Below are positions 48,401-61,972 of a stretch of DNA of 64,000 nucleotides, piece by piece; positions within the stretch are counted from its first letter, which is position 1, and every line of letters starts with the position of its first letter. Where the stretch lies: contig NC_090404.1 of assembly GCF_036365525.1 (NCBI RefSeq), positions 43,533,544-43,597,543 of the forward strand, read 5' to 3'. The stretch comes from Heterodontus francisci (taxonomy: Eukaryota). The notes under the pieces are model-generated. The model searched no databases. It saw nothing but the letters and a program-made list of their open reading frames with translations, and had not been told where the DNA came from. The position numbers were made by a program, and so were the translations under genes.

Positions 48401-49120
48401 ATGCAGTGTGGCTTTCAGGATTGCTACTATGACAATTGTTTTTCTTGTTTGTTGATAGCTCATAAGTCCTAAGTTAGGTACGAGCCAAAACAAAGCAAGG
48501 ACACTAAAACCGAAACGATTCTCTAACAATGTAGAAAAAAAACATTTTCCAGGTCCCTTGGAAAAAATATGGATGTGTGCTTAAGGTTTATAATGTACTG
48601 AAGTTACTCAAAATTAGACAAGAGATTACTGGAAAAGGAACAGGTGCAGTTTGATAAGCACAATGAATTCAATAGCCACCTTTCCTTTGTATGACAGACA
48701 AAAGCAATGCATGCTTACATTCAAGTGAATCCTACCTGTTAACAACACTTTGCTTGGAAATTGCTTTCATGCTGAAATTTTTTTTAAAAAGCAATTGAAT
48801 CATCGACTGACTTCCACTACTCAATTGAACAATAAGAAGATTGATTATAGTAACATTGTGATATATAAGAGATCGAGACTTGATTATTGGGGGTCTAATT
48901 TGGAAACTTGACGACTAGGTGAAACTTGACAACATGGTAAATAGTGAGCATGGTGGTAGCAGACTTGAGTAGTGCCGAGACAGATTGGTGAAAGGAGCAG
49001 GTGCATGGGAGATGCAGTTTAATGCAGATAAATGTGAAGTTCTACAGTTTCGGAGTAGCCACATGGAGAGGCAGTAGAATCTGAATTTTGCTATTTTGAG
49101 AGGGGTGCAGGATCAGATGT

Positions 49121-52100
49121 ACAAAGAACAAAGAACAGTACAGCACAGGAACAGGCCATTCGGCCCTCCAAGCCTGCGCTGATCTTGATGCCTGCCTAAA
49201 CTAAAACCTTCTGCACTTCCAGGGCCCATATCCCTCGTTTCCCTTCCTATTCATATATTTGTCAAGATGTCTCTTAAACATCGCTATCGTATCTGTTTCC
49301 ACCACCTCCCCTGGCAGCAAGTTCCAGGCACTCACCACCCTCTGTGGAAAGAGCTTGCCTCGCACATCCTGTCTAAACTTTGCCCCTCTCACCTTAAACC
49401 TATGTCCCCTAGTAACTGACTCTTCCACCCTGGGAAAAAGCTTCTGAATATCCACTCTGTCCATGCCGCTCATAACTTTGTAAACCTCTATCATGTTGCC
49501 CCTCCACCTCCGTCGTTCCAGTGAAAACAATCCGGGTTTCTCCAACCTCTCCTCATAGCTAATGCCATCCAGACCAGGCACCATCCTGGTAAACCTCCTC
49601 TGTACCGTCTCCAAAGCCTCCACGTCCTTCTGGTAGTGTGGCGATCAGAATTGCACGCAATATTCTAAGTGTGGCCTAACTAAGGTTCTGCACAGCTGCA
49701 ACATGACTTGCCTATTTTTATACTCTATGCCCCGACCGATTAAGGCAAGCATGCCGTATGCCTTCTTGACTACCTTATCCACCTGCGTTGCCACTTTCAG
49801 TGACCTGTGGACCTGTACGCCCAGATCTCTCTGTCTGTCAATACTCCTAAGGGTTCTGCCATTTACTGTATACCTCCCACCTGCATTAGACCTTCCAAAA
49901 TGCATTACCTCACATTTGTCTGGATTAAACTCCATCTGCCATTTCTCTACCCTAGTCGCCAACCGATCTATATTCTGCTGTATCCTCTGACAATCCTCAT
50001 CATTATCCGCAACTCCACCAACCTTTGTGTCATCCGCAAACTTACTAATCAGACCAGCTACATTTTCCTCCAAATCATTTATATATACTACAAACAGCAA
50101 AGGTCCCAGCACTGATCCCTGCGGAATACCACTAGTCACATCCCTCCATTCAGAAAAACACCAAGCCACTGTTACCCTCTGTCTTCTATGAACGAGCCAG
50201 TTCTGTTACCATCTCGTCAGCTCATCTCTGATCCCGTGTGACTTCACCTTTTGCACCAGTCTGCCATGCGGGACCTTGTCAAAGGCTTTACTAAAGTCCA
50301 TATAGATGACATCCACTGCCCATCCTTCATCAATCATCTTCGTCACTTCCTCAAAAAACTCAATCAAATTAGTAAGACACGACCTCCCCTTCACAAAACC
50401 ATTCTGTGTCTCGGTAATAAGCTCTTTAGTTTCCAAATGGGAGTAAATCCTGTCCCGAATAATCCTCTCTAATAGTTTCCCTACCACTGACGAAAGGCTC
50501 ACCGGCCTATAATTTCCTGGATTATCCTTGCCACCCTTCTTAAACAAAGGCACAACATTGGCTATTCTCCAGTCTTCTGGAACCTCACCTGTAGCCAATA
50601 GGGATGCAAAGATTTCTGTCAAGGCCCCAGCAATTTCTTCCCTTGCCTCCCTCAGTATTCTAGGGTAGATCCCATCAGGCCCTGGGGACTTATCTAGCTT
50701 AATGCTTTGCAAGACACCCAACACCTCTTCCTTTTTGATAATGATATGACTGAGACTCTCTGCACTCCCTTCCCTGGGCTCATCATCCACCAAGTCCTTC
50801 TCTTTGGTGAATACTGATGCAAAGTACTCATTTAGCACCTCGCCCATTTTCTTTGGCTCCATGCATAGATTCCCATCTCTGTCCTTGAGCGGATTACCCT
50901 CTTGCTCTTTATATATGTATAAAAAGCCTTCGGATTTTCCTTAATCCTGTTTACCAATGACTTTTCATGACCCCTTTTCGCCCTCCTAACTCCTTGCTTA
51001 AGTTCCTTCCTACTTTCTTTATATTCCTCAAGTGCTTCATCTGTTCCTAGCCTTCCAGCCCTTACAAATGTTTCCTTTTTCTTTTTGACTAGGCTCACAA
51101 TATCCCGTGTTATCCAAGCTTCCCAAAACTTGCCAAACTTGTCTTTCTTCCTCACAGCAACACGCGTGTCCTGGATTCTAATCAGCTGACGTTTGAAAGA
51201 CTCCCACATGTCAGATGTTGATTTACCCTCACACAGCCGCTCCCAATCGAAATTCTTCAGTTCCTGCCTAATATTGTTATAATTAGCCTTCCCCCAATTT
51301 AGCCCCTTCACCCGAGGACTACTCTTATCCTTATCCACTAGCACCTTAAAACTTGTGGAATTATGGTCACTGCTCCAGAAATGCTCCCCCACTGAAACTT
51401 TGACCACCTGGCCGGGCTCATTCCCCAATACCAGATCCAGAATGGCCCCATCCCTCGTTGGACTGTGCATATAGTGTTTCAAGAAGCCCTCCTGGATGCT
51501 CCTCACAAATTCTGCCCCATCCAAGCCCCTAGCACTAAGTGAGTCCAGTCAATATTGGCGAAGTTAAAATCACCCACCACCACAACTCTGTTCCCTTTAC
51601 ATCTTTCCAAAATCTGTCTACATATCTGCTCCTCTACCTCCTGCTGGCTGTTGGGAGGCCTGTAGTAAACCCCCAACATCGTGACTGCACCCTGCATATT
51701 GCTGAGCTCCACCCATATTGCCTCGCTGCATGACCCCTCTGAGGTGTCCTCCCGCAGTACAGCTGTGATATTCTCCTTAACCAGTCATGCAACTCCCCCA
51801 CCCCTTTTACATCCCTCTCTATCCCGCCTGAAACTTCTAAAGCCTGGAACATCTAGATGCCAATCCTGCCCTTCCCTCAACCAGGTCTCTGTAATAGCAA
51901 CATCATATTTCCAAGTACTAATCCAAGCTGTAAGTTCATCTGCCTTACCCGTTATTCTTCTCGCATTGAAACAAATGCACTTCAGACCACCAGTCCCGCT
52001 GTGCTCAGCAACATCTCCCTGCCTGCTCTTCCTCTTAGTCCGACTGGCCTTATTTACTATGTCCTCCTCATTTACTTCACTCGCTGTCCTACTGCTCTGG

Positions 52101-53262
52101 TTCCCACCCCCCTGCCACACTAGTTTAAACCCTCCCGAATGACGCTAGCAAACCTTGCAGCCAGGATATTAGTGCCCCTCCAGTTTAGATGCAACCCGTC
52201 CTTCTTGTACAGGTCCCATCTATCCCTGAAGAGAGCCCAATGGTCCAGATATCTGAAACCCTCCCTTCTGCACCAGCTGCTCAGCCACGTGTTTAGCTAC
52301 ACTATCTTCCTATTTCTAGCCTCACTGGCACGTGGCACAGGGAGTAATCCAGAGATCTCAACCCTAGAGGTTCTGTTTTTAAACTTACTACCTAACTCCC
52401 TAAACTCCCCCTGCAGGACCTCATCACTCTTCCTGCCTATGTCATTGGTACCGATGTGTACCACAACCTCTGGCTGTTCACCCTCCCCCTTCAGAATGCC
52501 CCCTTTCCGTTCAGAGGCATCCTTGACCCTGGCACCAGGGAGGCAACATACCGTCCTGGTGTCTCTTTCACGTCCACAGAAGCGCCTAAGTGTGCCCCTG
52601 ACTATAGAGTCCGCTTTTACTATTGCTCTTCTGCGCTTTGTCCCTCCCTGCTGAACAACAGTGCCAGCCGTGGTGCCACTGCTCTGGCTGCTGCTGTTTT
52701 CCCCTGATAGGCCATCCCCCCAACAGTATCCAAAACGGTATACTTGTTAGACAGGGGGATAGCCAGAGGGGATACCTGCACTGACTGCCTGCCCCTTCCA
52801 GCGGTCACCCATCTATCTGCCTGCACTTTGGGTGTAACCACTTCTCTAAAACTCCTGTTTATGACGCTTTCCACCACCTGCATGCTCCTAAGTGCATCCA
52901 GTTGCCGCTCCAACCGATCCATGCGGTCTGTGCGGAGCTGCAACTGAGTACACTTCCTGCAGATGTGGTCGCCCAGAACGCTGGAATCGTCACGGACTTC
53001 CCACATCTCACAGGTGAAGCATTTCACCCCTCTAACTGGCATTTCTAACCCTAATTAGTTAATTAATAAAAAATAAATAAATATTTATTAAATCCTTACT
53101 AAATTATGATACACTTAACTATATGGTCCCTAGTGCTAGATTTCTACAATGAATACAAAATGCAAACTAAATACAGTGATCTCCTCCCTCTGGTGTCGTT
53201 ACTCTACTTATTAATTAGTTAATTAGTGTTTAAATCAATTTTTATCAGTTTTATTTTCAAAT
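49121..53262 (-). mobile_element. Near full-length CR1 LINE (ORF1 plus ORF2, frameshifted), nested in an older + strand CR1 (48885-49120, 53382-53810, 54340-54600)
   Basis: ORF1 CFTC..CRKC..LERQL; ORF2 FNARR, AITETW, YYRPP, SDHN, NYRPVSL, FADDTK; (AAGAACA)n tail. Confidence 0.95.
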
Positions 53263-53811
53263 TCTATCCTATCTATGCCTCTCATGATTTTATATACCTC
53301 TATCACGTCCCCTCTCAGCCTTCTTCGCTCCAGGGAAAACAGACCCAGCCTATCTAATCTCTCTTTATAACTCAAGCCCTCGGTATACACATTTACAAAT
53401 CTTTGTAGGCGGCAGGCAATGTTGGCAAAGTGGTTAAGAAAGTGAATAGGATACTTGGCATTGTTAATATAGATATTGAAATCAGAAACAAGGCAATCAT
53501 ATTACACGTTTCTAAATATTTAGTTAGGCCTCAGCTGGCGTATTGAGTACAATTCTCCGCATGGCACTGTTGGTAGGATGTCAAGGCCTTGGAGAGAGTA
53601 GAGAGGAGGTTTACCAGGATGATGCCAGGGATGAGGGAGTTTAGTTATGTGGGGAAATTGTAAAAGCTGTGATTGTTCACCGAGAGAGGAGAAGATTAAG
53701 GGGAGATGTAATATAGATATCCAAAATTATGAAGGTTTTGATCGAGCACATAGCGAAAAACTCCTTTCACCATCAAGAGGTTCAGTAATCAAAAGTCATA
53801 ACATCAATGTT

Positions 53812-54338
53812 AAAGGAGTACAGAAAAGATGTGATTAAGCTGGAGAGGGTGCAAAAAAGATTCACAAGGATGTTGCCTGGTTTGGAGGGCTTGCGTTATA
53901 AAGAGAGATTAGATAGGCTGGGTCTGTTTTCCCTGGAGCGAAGAAGGCTGAGAGGGGACGTGATAGAGGTATATAAAATCATGAGAGGCATAGATAGGGT
54001 AGATAGCCAGAGTCTGTTTCCCATGGTAGGGGTGACTAAAACTGGAGGGCATAGATTTAAGGTGAGAGGGAGGAGGGTTAAAGGGGATCAAAGGAGTAGA
54101 TTTTTCACACAAAGAATAGTGGGTATCTGGAATGAGCTGCCTGAGGAGGTGGTGGAGGCAGGAACAGTAGCAACATTTAAGAGGCATCTGGACAGGTACT
54201 TGAATGAGCAAGGCACAGAGGGATATGGAATTAATGCAGGCAGGTGAGATTAGTATAGACCGGCATTATGGTCTGCATGGACGCGTTGAGCTGAAGGGCC
54301 TGTTTCTGTGCTGTACGACTCTTTGACTCAATGACTCT
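53812..54338 (+). mobile_element. Young CR1 3' fragment
   Basis: Open ORF 53807-54247; (GACTCT..)n tail. Confidence 0.9.
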
Positions 54339-54779
54339 AAAAGGGGGACTGAGAAGAAATTTCTTCGTACTGAGGGTTAAGGTCTGGAATGCCCGACCTG
54401 AAAGAGTAGTGGAAGCAAATTCCACAAGAAAGTTAAAAGGCAATTGGGCATGTACTTGAAGATGACTAATTTTTAGGGTTAGGGAGACAAAGCTGGAATG
54501 TGGGATTCCACCGGACGACTGTTTCTAATCTGGTATAGGCATGAAGGGCCGAAAGGCCGAAACTGTGCTGTAATTTCTATTATTCGAGGATTCTATTCTA
54601 CCGTTGACTACTCCTCTTCTTCTGATATAATTGTTAAACCTTTCTGTGTGCATATCTGTAACCCTCACAACTTTCTTTTGTATTCCCTTCCTGTTGTTCT
54701 GTTTTTTTACTTCCTTTTCAGTTCTTTATATCTCGCCCAGTCCCCTTGAATTTTATTGTTCTTTTCATCTTGCAGGCTC

Positions 54780-56305
54780 TTTATCGGATTGATATAGGGC
54801 ATTGATGGAAGATTGGTCAGCAGGAGAAGTTTTGGATTGATACAGGGATATGGGGTGAAAGTGAGGAGTTCAGTTACAGTTGGATTGCTACAGGGCAACG
54901 AGAAAGTAACCGGTCATTGGGAGAAGATTGGTATTGATGCAGGGCTCTGGGGAAAGCATAATTCAGTGGGATTAGTTTGGGATTGATGTGGGAATTTGGG
55001 GTGAATGTGGCACAGTGTGGCTCATGCCAAATTGATACAGGGCTGTTAGAAAATCGCGCGACCGTGGGAGAAGTTTGAGATTGATATAGGGCTTGGGGAG
55101 AGAGTGAGGCAATGAGAGTGATTTGGAGTATGGAGGGGACGGAAAGTGGCTTTATTTTGGGATTGTTATTGGGCTATAGGGGTTGCGGTGCCATAGGATT
55201 TGTTTATAAATGGCGACGAGCTCTTAGGAAGATCGTGGTTAGTAAGAATTGTTCTAGATTGACACAGGACTATGGAGTGAGAGCATAGAAGTGATATTGG
55301 TATGGGATCGATACAGAGCCACAGTGGCAACGCATCCAGTTTTGGATATACAGAGGGCTAAAGGGATGCAGCGTGCCTCTGTTATTTGTTTAGGATTGAC
55401 ACAGAAATATGGCAAGATGGTGACAGCAAATTTAGTTTAACTTTGATAGAGGACTATGAGGCGACAGAAGGTCAGTGGAATTGGCTTAGGATTGATTCCA
55501 GGCTTTGAGGAGAATGTAGGCAGTGTGATACATACTGGATTGTGGACAGTAAGCAGTGCAGTGGGGTTAGGTTAGGCCTCCCATTGGGCTATGGAAAGAG
55601 AGAGAGAGAGAGTGGTTATAAGATTAGTTTTTGGTTGAAACATGGCAATGGGAGAGATCTTGGTAATCTGTTTAGTTTGGTTCAGAACGGGACTATGGGT
55701 TTCTGTGTTGTTGATGCTGGACCATGAAGAAAGAATAGATCGTGGGATAGGATTGTGATTAATGCAGGATAATAGGGAGAGAGCGAGGCAGTGGCAATAG
55801 TTTGGGGAATGATACAGGACTATGCTAAATACTGGGACAGTGGGAACAGTAACAGGATGGTACAGGGCTATACAGTAAGTGCAGGGCACTTAGTATAATT
55901 TTGGATTCATGCAACGTTATGGGGAGAGGGTGGGGTAGGGGGATTGGTTTGGATTAATACAGATCTATAGTTATAACGGGGGGGCAGTGAATGTAGTTGA
56001 AGATAGGTGCAGGGCTATAATATAGTAAGAGTGGGGCACTGAGTCTGGTTCTAGATTCATACAGGACTATGGGGAAAGTTTGGGGCAGTGGGATTAATTT
56101 GGACTGATACAGGCCTATCGGGTAAGACCGGGGCAGTGGATTTAGTTTAGAATTGGTACGAGTCTATTGGGAGAGTGCATGTCAGTGGAATAGAATGGGA
56201 TTTGGTACCGAACTATGGAGTAAAACTGCGGCAGGGTGATTAGTTTCGGATTGTTGCAGAGCTGTGGAAGAGAGATAGCCTGCAGGATTAGTTTTGAGTT
56301 GATAC
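54780..56305 (+). repeat. Degenerate ~49-bp G-rich tandem array 2
   Basis: Same unit as array 1. Confidence 0.85.
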
Positions 56306-57104
56306 ATAGGGACATTGGAACAAGAGTCATTCAGCCTCTCGATCCCTTTCCACACTTCAATGAGATACTGGCTGATATATAACTAAACTCTGCACACCTG
56401 CCTTGGTTACATATCCTTTTATAACATCGCTAGAAAAAAAAATCAATCGGTTTCTGTATAAAATTATTAATTGAGCGAGCATGCGTTGTTGCTTGTGCGA
56501 GGGAGTTCCACACTTCTACTATATCTTGCATAAAGAAGTGTTTCCTAACTGCTCCTCTGAACAGATAGTGAATAGAGGAGGCTCCACCACAAATAACTGT
56601 GCAGAACCACTATCACTTCCCTACGTTGCATGTGCAGACATGTTATCTCTACTTTCTGTCTTCTACAACCTAACTAAGCTCCGAAACAGGTCAATAATTT
56701 CCCTTCAATTCCATGCACATTAACTTTAGCTCACAGTCGTTCTTGAGGAACTTATCAAATACATTGTGGAAGTCCATATAAGTAACATTCATAGACACGC
56801 CCTTACCCAATCCTTTAGTTGTTTCTTCAAATTTCAATTAGGCTCGTTAAACATGACTTATCTTTTGCAAATCCGTATTAGCTCCTTAGAATCAGTTTAA
56901 CCTCCTTTGAGTTCTCAGTCACTCTTTCCTTCATTATAGAATACAGTAACTTCCCCACAGTAGATATTAAATGCAAAGATCTATAATTTACTGGTTTATC
57001 GCTCGCTCATATTCTGAAATAATAATTAAGCTTCAATTGCCCTACCTAAGGGAACAATTCTTCAATCGAGATAGCTTTGGAATTTTATGACCAACGAATT
57101 TTCA
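56305..57104 (-). mobile_element. Old CR1 (3' part; resumes at ~61835-61973)
   Basis: Collinear with the 46692-48400 family, e.g. the shared ttattaatg..cctggaatgtca block at 48248 and 61951. Confidence 0.65.
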
Positions 57105-58757
57105 ATTGTACCATCTTGACCTCCGGGTCTTGGAACTTGAGCAGCAGCTAGCGACACTGCGGTGCATTTGCAAGGATGAGAGCTACCTGTATAGCACGTT
57201 GATAGATCTTGTCACCCCGCAGCTTAAGAATATGCAGGAAGACAGTGAATGGGTGATCACCAGGCAGTCAAAAATAAGGAGGCAAGTGGTACAGGCGTCC
57301 CCTTACTGCATCTCACTCTCCAACAGCTATTCCGTTCTTAATACTGAGGAAAGTGATGCTTCACCTGGGGACTGCAGCCAGAGCCAGGTCCATGGCACCT
57401 CGGGTAGCTCAGCTGCACCGGGGTGGGGTGGTGGGGGTTACAGGAAAGACTGGAAGAGCTACAGTGATAGGTGCTGCAATAGCCAGAGGATCAAGCAGAC
57501 GTTTCTGTGGACGCAGACATGAATGCAGGATGGTGTGCTGCCTCCCTGGTGCCAGGGTCAAGGATGCCACTGAGCAGCTGCATAGCATCGTGAAGGAGAA
57601 GGGTGAACAGCCAGCAGTCGTGGTCCATATCGGAACCAACGACATAGGTAGAAAGAGGGATGTGGTCCTGCAGTCAGAATTTAGGGAGCTAGGTAAGAAA
57701 TTAGCAAGCAGGACCTCAAAAGTGGTATGCTCCAGATTACTCCCAGTGCCACACGCAAGTGAGTATAGAAATAGAAGGGTAAGACAAATTAATGCGTGAC
57801 TGGAAAGATGGTGCATGAGGGAGGGCTTCAGATTCCTGGGATATTGGGACCGGCTCTAGGGGAGATGTACAGGCTGGATGGACTGCACCTGAACAGAGCC
57901 TGGACTGAGTTCCTTGTGGGACGATTTGCTAGTGCTGTTGGGGAGGGATTAAACTAGTTTGGCAGAGAGAAGGGGACATGAGGGTAGACTCAGTTTTGAC
58001 CAAATCGGAAATGAAAATGGAAAGCAGAAAATAAATGGATGAGTCGGGAAGACAGTGGAAGCAAAGGTTAGAAAATAAGAATAAAGAGTTTGGCAGTGCT
58101 CAAGGGTATCCATTTCAATGCAAGGAGTATAGCAAATAAATCAGATAAACTGAGGGCAAATATAAACACGTGGCTACAGAAACGTGGCTTAAGGAGAGAC
58201 AGGAATGGCAGCTCAATGTTCCTGGTTACAGGGTTTTCAGACGCAACAGGGAGGGAGATAAGAAAGGAGAGGGAGGGTCAATTTTGGAAAAATAATCTAT
58301 TACAGCTGTGAGAAGGGATGATGTGTTGGAAGATTCATCAGATGAGGCCATATGGATTGAACTAAGGAACGAAACTGGGCAATCACACTGCTGGGACTGT
58401 ATTAAAGACCTCTAAACATTCAAAGGGAGATAGAAGAGCAGATATGTAGGCAAACCTCTGATACACGAACAATAGAGCAGTAATAGTTGTGGATTTTAAC
58501 AACCCCAATATTAACTGCGATAGTTTTAATGTGAAAGGAATTGAGGGAGCAGAATTCTTGATGTGATTCAGGAGAATCTTTTTGCCCAGTATGTAGCAAG
58601 TCCAACAAGAGAGAGTGCAGTTTTAGATTTAGTTTTAGGAAATGAAGATGGGCAAGTGGAAGGAGTGACAGTGGGAGAGCATTTTGGTGGTAGTGATCAT
58701 AATTCAGTCAATTTTAACATTATTAGGGAAAAGGATAGGGATAGAACAGGAGTTAGA

Positions 58758-59038
58758 CTTCTCAAAGTGAGAGGGGAAAAGTTTAGGGGGGTTATGCGTG
58801 GAAAGTTCTTTACACAGAGGGTGGTGGGTGCCTGGAATGCGTTGCCAGCAGAGGTGGTAGACGCGGGCATGATAGCGTCTTTTAAGATGTATCTGGACAG
58901 ATACATGAATGGGCAGGAAACAAGGAGATACAGACCCTTAGAAAATAGGTGACATGTTTAGATAGAGGATCTGGATCGGCGCAGGCTTGGAGGGCCGAAG
59001 GGCCTGTTCCTGTGCTGTAATTTTCTTTGTTCTTTGTT
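58758..59038 (+). mobile_element. Nested CR1 3' fragment
   Basis: Interrupts the host VRLL|NWGKAN; (TTCTTTG)n tail. Confidence 0.8.
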
Positions 59039-59652
59039 CAATTGGGGCAAAGCCAATTTTACGAAACTGAGGAGTGATTTAGAGAAAATCGACTGGAAAA
59101 ACCTACTTGGAACTAAATCAGTGTCAGATCAGTGCAAAGCATTCAAAGAGGAAATTCAAGGGGTTCAGAGTAAACATGTTCCCACAAAGAAAAAGGGTAA
59201 GGCGGCCAAACCTAGAGCCCCATGGATATCAAGGGTCCTACAGGGTTAAGGCAAAAAAGGAAAACTTAAGTCCGAAACTGAGAACGCAATACGAAGGAAG
59301 CCGAGAGGAGTATAGAAAGTGGGGAGGTGAAATCAAAAAGGAAATTAGGAAAGCAAAGAAAGGGCATGAAATAATATTGGCAAGCAAAATCAAGGTGCAC
59401 CCAAAGATGTTTTATCAATACATTAAGAGGAAGAGGATAACTAAGGAGAGAGTGGGGCCCATTAAAGACCAACATGGCAACCTATGTATAAGGGTGGAAG
59501 ATGTTGGTATTCTTATTAATGAATACTTTGCGTCTGTCTTCACAAAAGAGGGGATAATGCAGATATTGTAGTTAAGGAAGAGGGATGTGAAGTATTGGAT
59601 GTGATAAAAGTAGGGAAAGAGGAAGTATTCATGGGATTAGCATCCTTGAAAG

Positions 59653-60322
59653 TGTAGACCCAGTAAAAACACTATAGCAAAAACACATAAGAACTTCGTT
59701 AAAAACAAAAGGGCTAGTCACACAACAATGAACAGTGTGTTGAAGCACAGGGAGGATGAGTAGAAAGGGGCACATCACACAGATAGCTGAGGAATCGTAG
59801 ATAGCATAGAAAAGGTATTGAGGAGGATCCCAGAAACCGTCCTTGAACGTAGCAGACATAGGGAGTCATCGTGGACACCAGATATGATTAAACTCACAAC
59901 AGACAATGGGAAACTGAAGTTTTGAACAGGTTCTCACTGAGCCAAATAAGGAATTATCATTATGTCATTATACCAGACCGCAATGAGTAAGTTAGAGGGG
60001 CCGGTCTTAGAAACAAGATTTAATCCCTGTCTGAAACTGAGGAAGGTACGAGAACCCCCGGGGAAGAACACTCGAGAAGATATCCTGAGCCAGGGGCTGA
60101 GAGAACAGAAGAGCAGCTACAAGTCCGAGACTGTTCATCCTGTGTCTTGACGGGTAGTATACTGTGCAAGTAGTGAGAGCTTGTACTTTGATGAGTTTTG
60201 ATACTGTACAAGTAGTGAAAGCTTGTACTTGATGATTTAGTGTGTGAATAAAATATCGATATACCTTTCACCAATCGGATTCCGCAGATTCTTTAAAGGT
60301 AGAGTGCGTGTTAGGCACAACA
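59653..60322 (+). mobile_element. Solo LTR (670 bp)
   Basis: TGT...ACA termini, 4-bp TSD AAAG (59649-59652 and 60323-60326), AATAAA at 60247; the host CR1 rejoins across it. Confidence 0.8.
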
Positions 60323-61326
60323 AAAGTTGAAAAATCACTGGGGCCGGATATAATGCACCCAAAGCTGTTAAAGAAGCAAGAGAGGTTTGGCAGACGGTCT
60401 GACCATCATTTTCCAATCCTCACTGGATACAATGGGATACCAGATAATTGGAGAACTGCTAAGGTTGTATCTCTGTTTAAAAATGGAGTGAGGGATAGAC
60501 TGAATAATTACAGGCCAGTTAGTCTAACCTCAGTAGTGAACAATTTTTTGGATAACCTGTCACTTAGAAAGGCATAGGATAATCAAGGATAGTCAGCATG
60601 GAGTTGTTAAGGGAAGATATTGTCTTTTTTGATCGAATTTTTTCAAGACATAACAAGGAAGAATGATAAGCGTAGTACAGTTGATGTGGTCTAACATGGA
60701 TTTTAGCAAGGCGTTTGACAAGGTCCCACATGGCAGATTGGTTATAAAAAACATGGGATCCAGGGAAATGCAGCAAGGTGGATGCAAAATTGGCTCAGTG
60801 GCAGGAACCAAAGGGTAATATTTGACGGGTGTTTTAGCGCCTGGTGGGCTGTTTCCAGTGGCGTTCCGCAGTGTTCAGTATTGGATCCCCTGCTTTTTGT
60901 GGTATGCAGTAACTATTTGGACGTAAATATAGGGGTCATGATCACGAAGTTTGGAGATGAAACAAAGATTGGCCGATAGATAGATAGCGAGGAAGCTGTT
61001 GGCTGCAGGAAGATATTGACGGTCTGGTCAGATGGGCAGAAAAGTGGCAAATGGAAATCAAACTGGAGAAGTGTGAGGTGATGCATTTGGGCAGGTCAAC
61101 CAAGGCAAAGGAACACACGATTAATGGGAAAATACTGAGAAGTGTAGTGGAAGTGGGAACTTAACGTGACTGTCCACAGATCCCTGAAGGTAGCAAGACT
61201 GGTCGATAGGGTGGTTAAGAAGGCATATGGAATCCTTTCCTTTTTTTAGCCGAGGTATAGAATATAAGATCAGGGAGGTTATGCTGGAACTGTATAACTC
61301 ATTGATTAGGCCACAACTTGAGCACA

Positions 61327-61695
61327 GGGGCGGCACAGTGGCGCAGTGGTTAGCACCGCAGCCTCACAGCTCCAGGGACACGGGTTCAATTCCAGGTACT
61401 GCCTGTGAGGAGTTTGCAAGTTCTCCCTGTGTCTGCGTGGGTTTCCTCCGGGTGCTCCGGTTTCCTCCCACATGCCAAAGACTTGCAGGTTGATAGGTTA
61501 ATTGGCCATTATAAATTGCCCCTTGTATAGGTAGGTGGTAGGGAAATATATAGGGACAGGTGGGGATGTGGTAGGAATATGGGCTTAGTGTAGGATTAGT
61601 ATAAATGGGTGGTTGATGGTCGGCACTGACTCGGTGGGCCGAAGGGCCTGTTTCAGTGCTGTATCTCTAAAACTAAAAATAAACTAAAAAAACTC
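61327..61695 (+). mobile_element. Full tRNA-derived SINE (HE1/V-SINE-like) with CR1-derived tail
   Basis: A box tggcgcagtgg, B box ggttcaattcc, V-domain GGTTTCCTCCGGGTGCTCCGGTTTCCTCCCAC, tail gggccgaagggcctgtttcagtgctgta plus (A/CT)-rich repeat. Confidence 0.9.
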
Positions 61696-61972
61696 AAGTG
61701 CCGTAATCGGCAGGGCTTCAGATCAAATGCTGGAAGGTGGGTTTAATATGGGTGGATCGTTCTTCGGCCAGCACAGACACGATGGGCCAAGTGGCCTCTT
61801 TCTGTGCCTTAAACTTTCTATGATTCTACGATTCTCTTCTGCCTTTTAAGAATCATGTGTTGGAAACAATCAGGTCTTTCGAGCCATATTGTTTTTCAAA
61901 TACTGTTTGCTTGCTTACATTAACTTTAGTGACTTCTAGCCCATGATTCATTATTAATGCTCCTGGAATGTC

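Larger units (their letters stand above)
57105..61835 (+). mobile_element. Degenerate near full-length CR1 LINE hosting three nested insertions
   Basis: ORF1 esterase (CCLPGARV, VHIGTNDIG), ORF2 HFNARS, SDHN, NYRPVSL, KFGDETK; TTCTATGA tail. Confidence 0.88.

Noticed and set aside
54690-54815. Strong polypyrimidine tract and acceptor before array 2
   Set aside because: All three frames stop within about 10 codons; no supporting exon structure.
61327-61400. tRNA gene
   Set aside because: It is the tRNA-derived head of a SINE, continuing into the V-domain and LINE tail.
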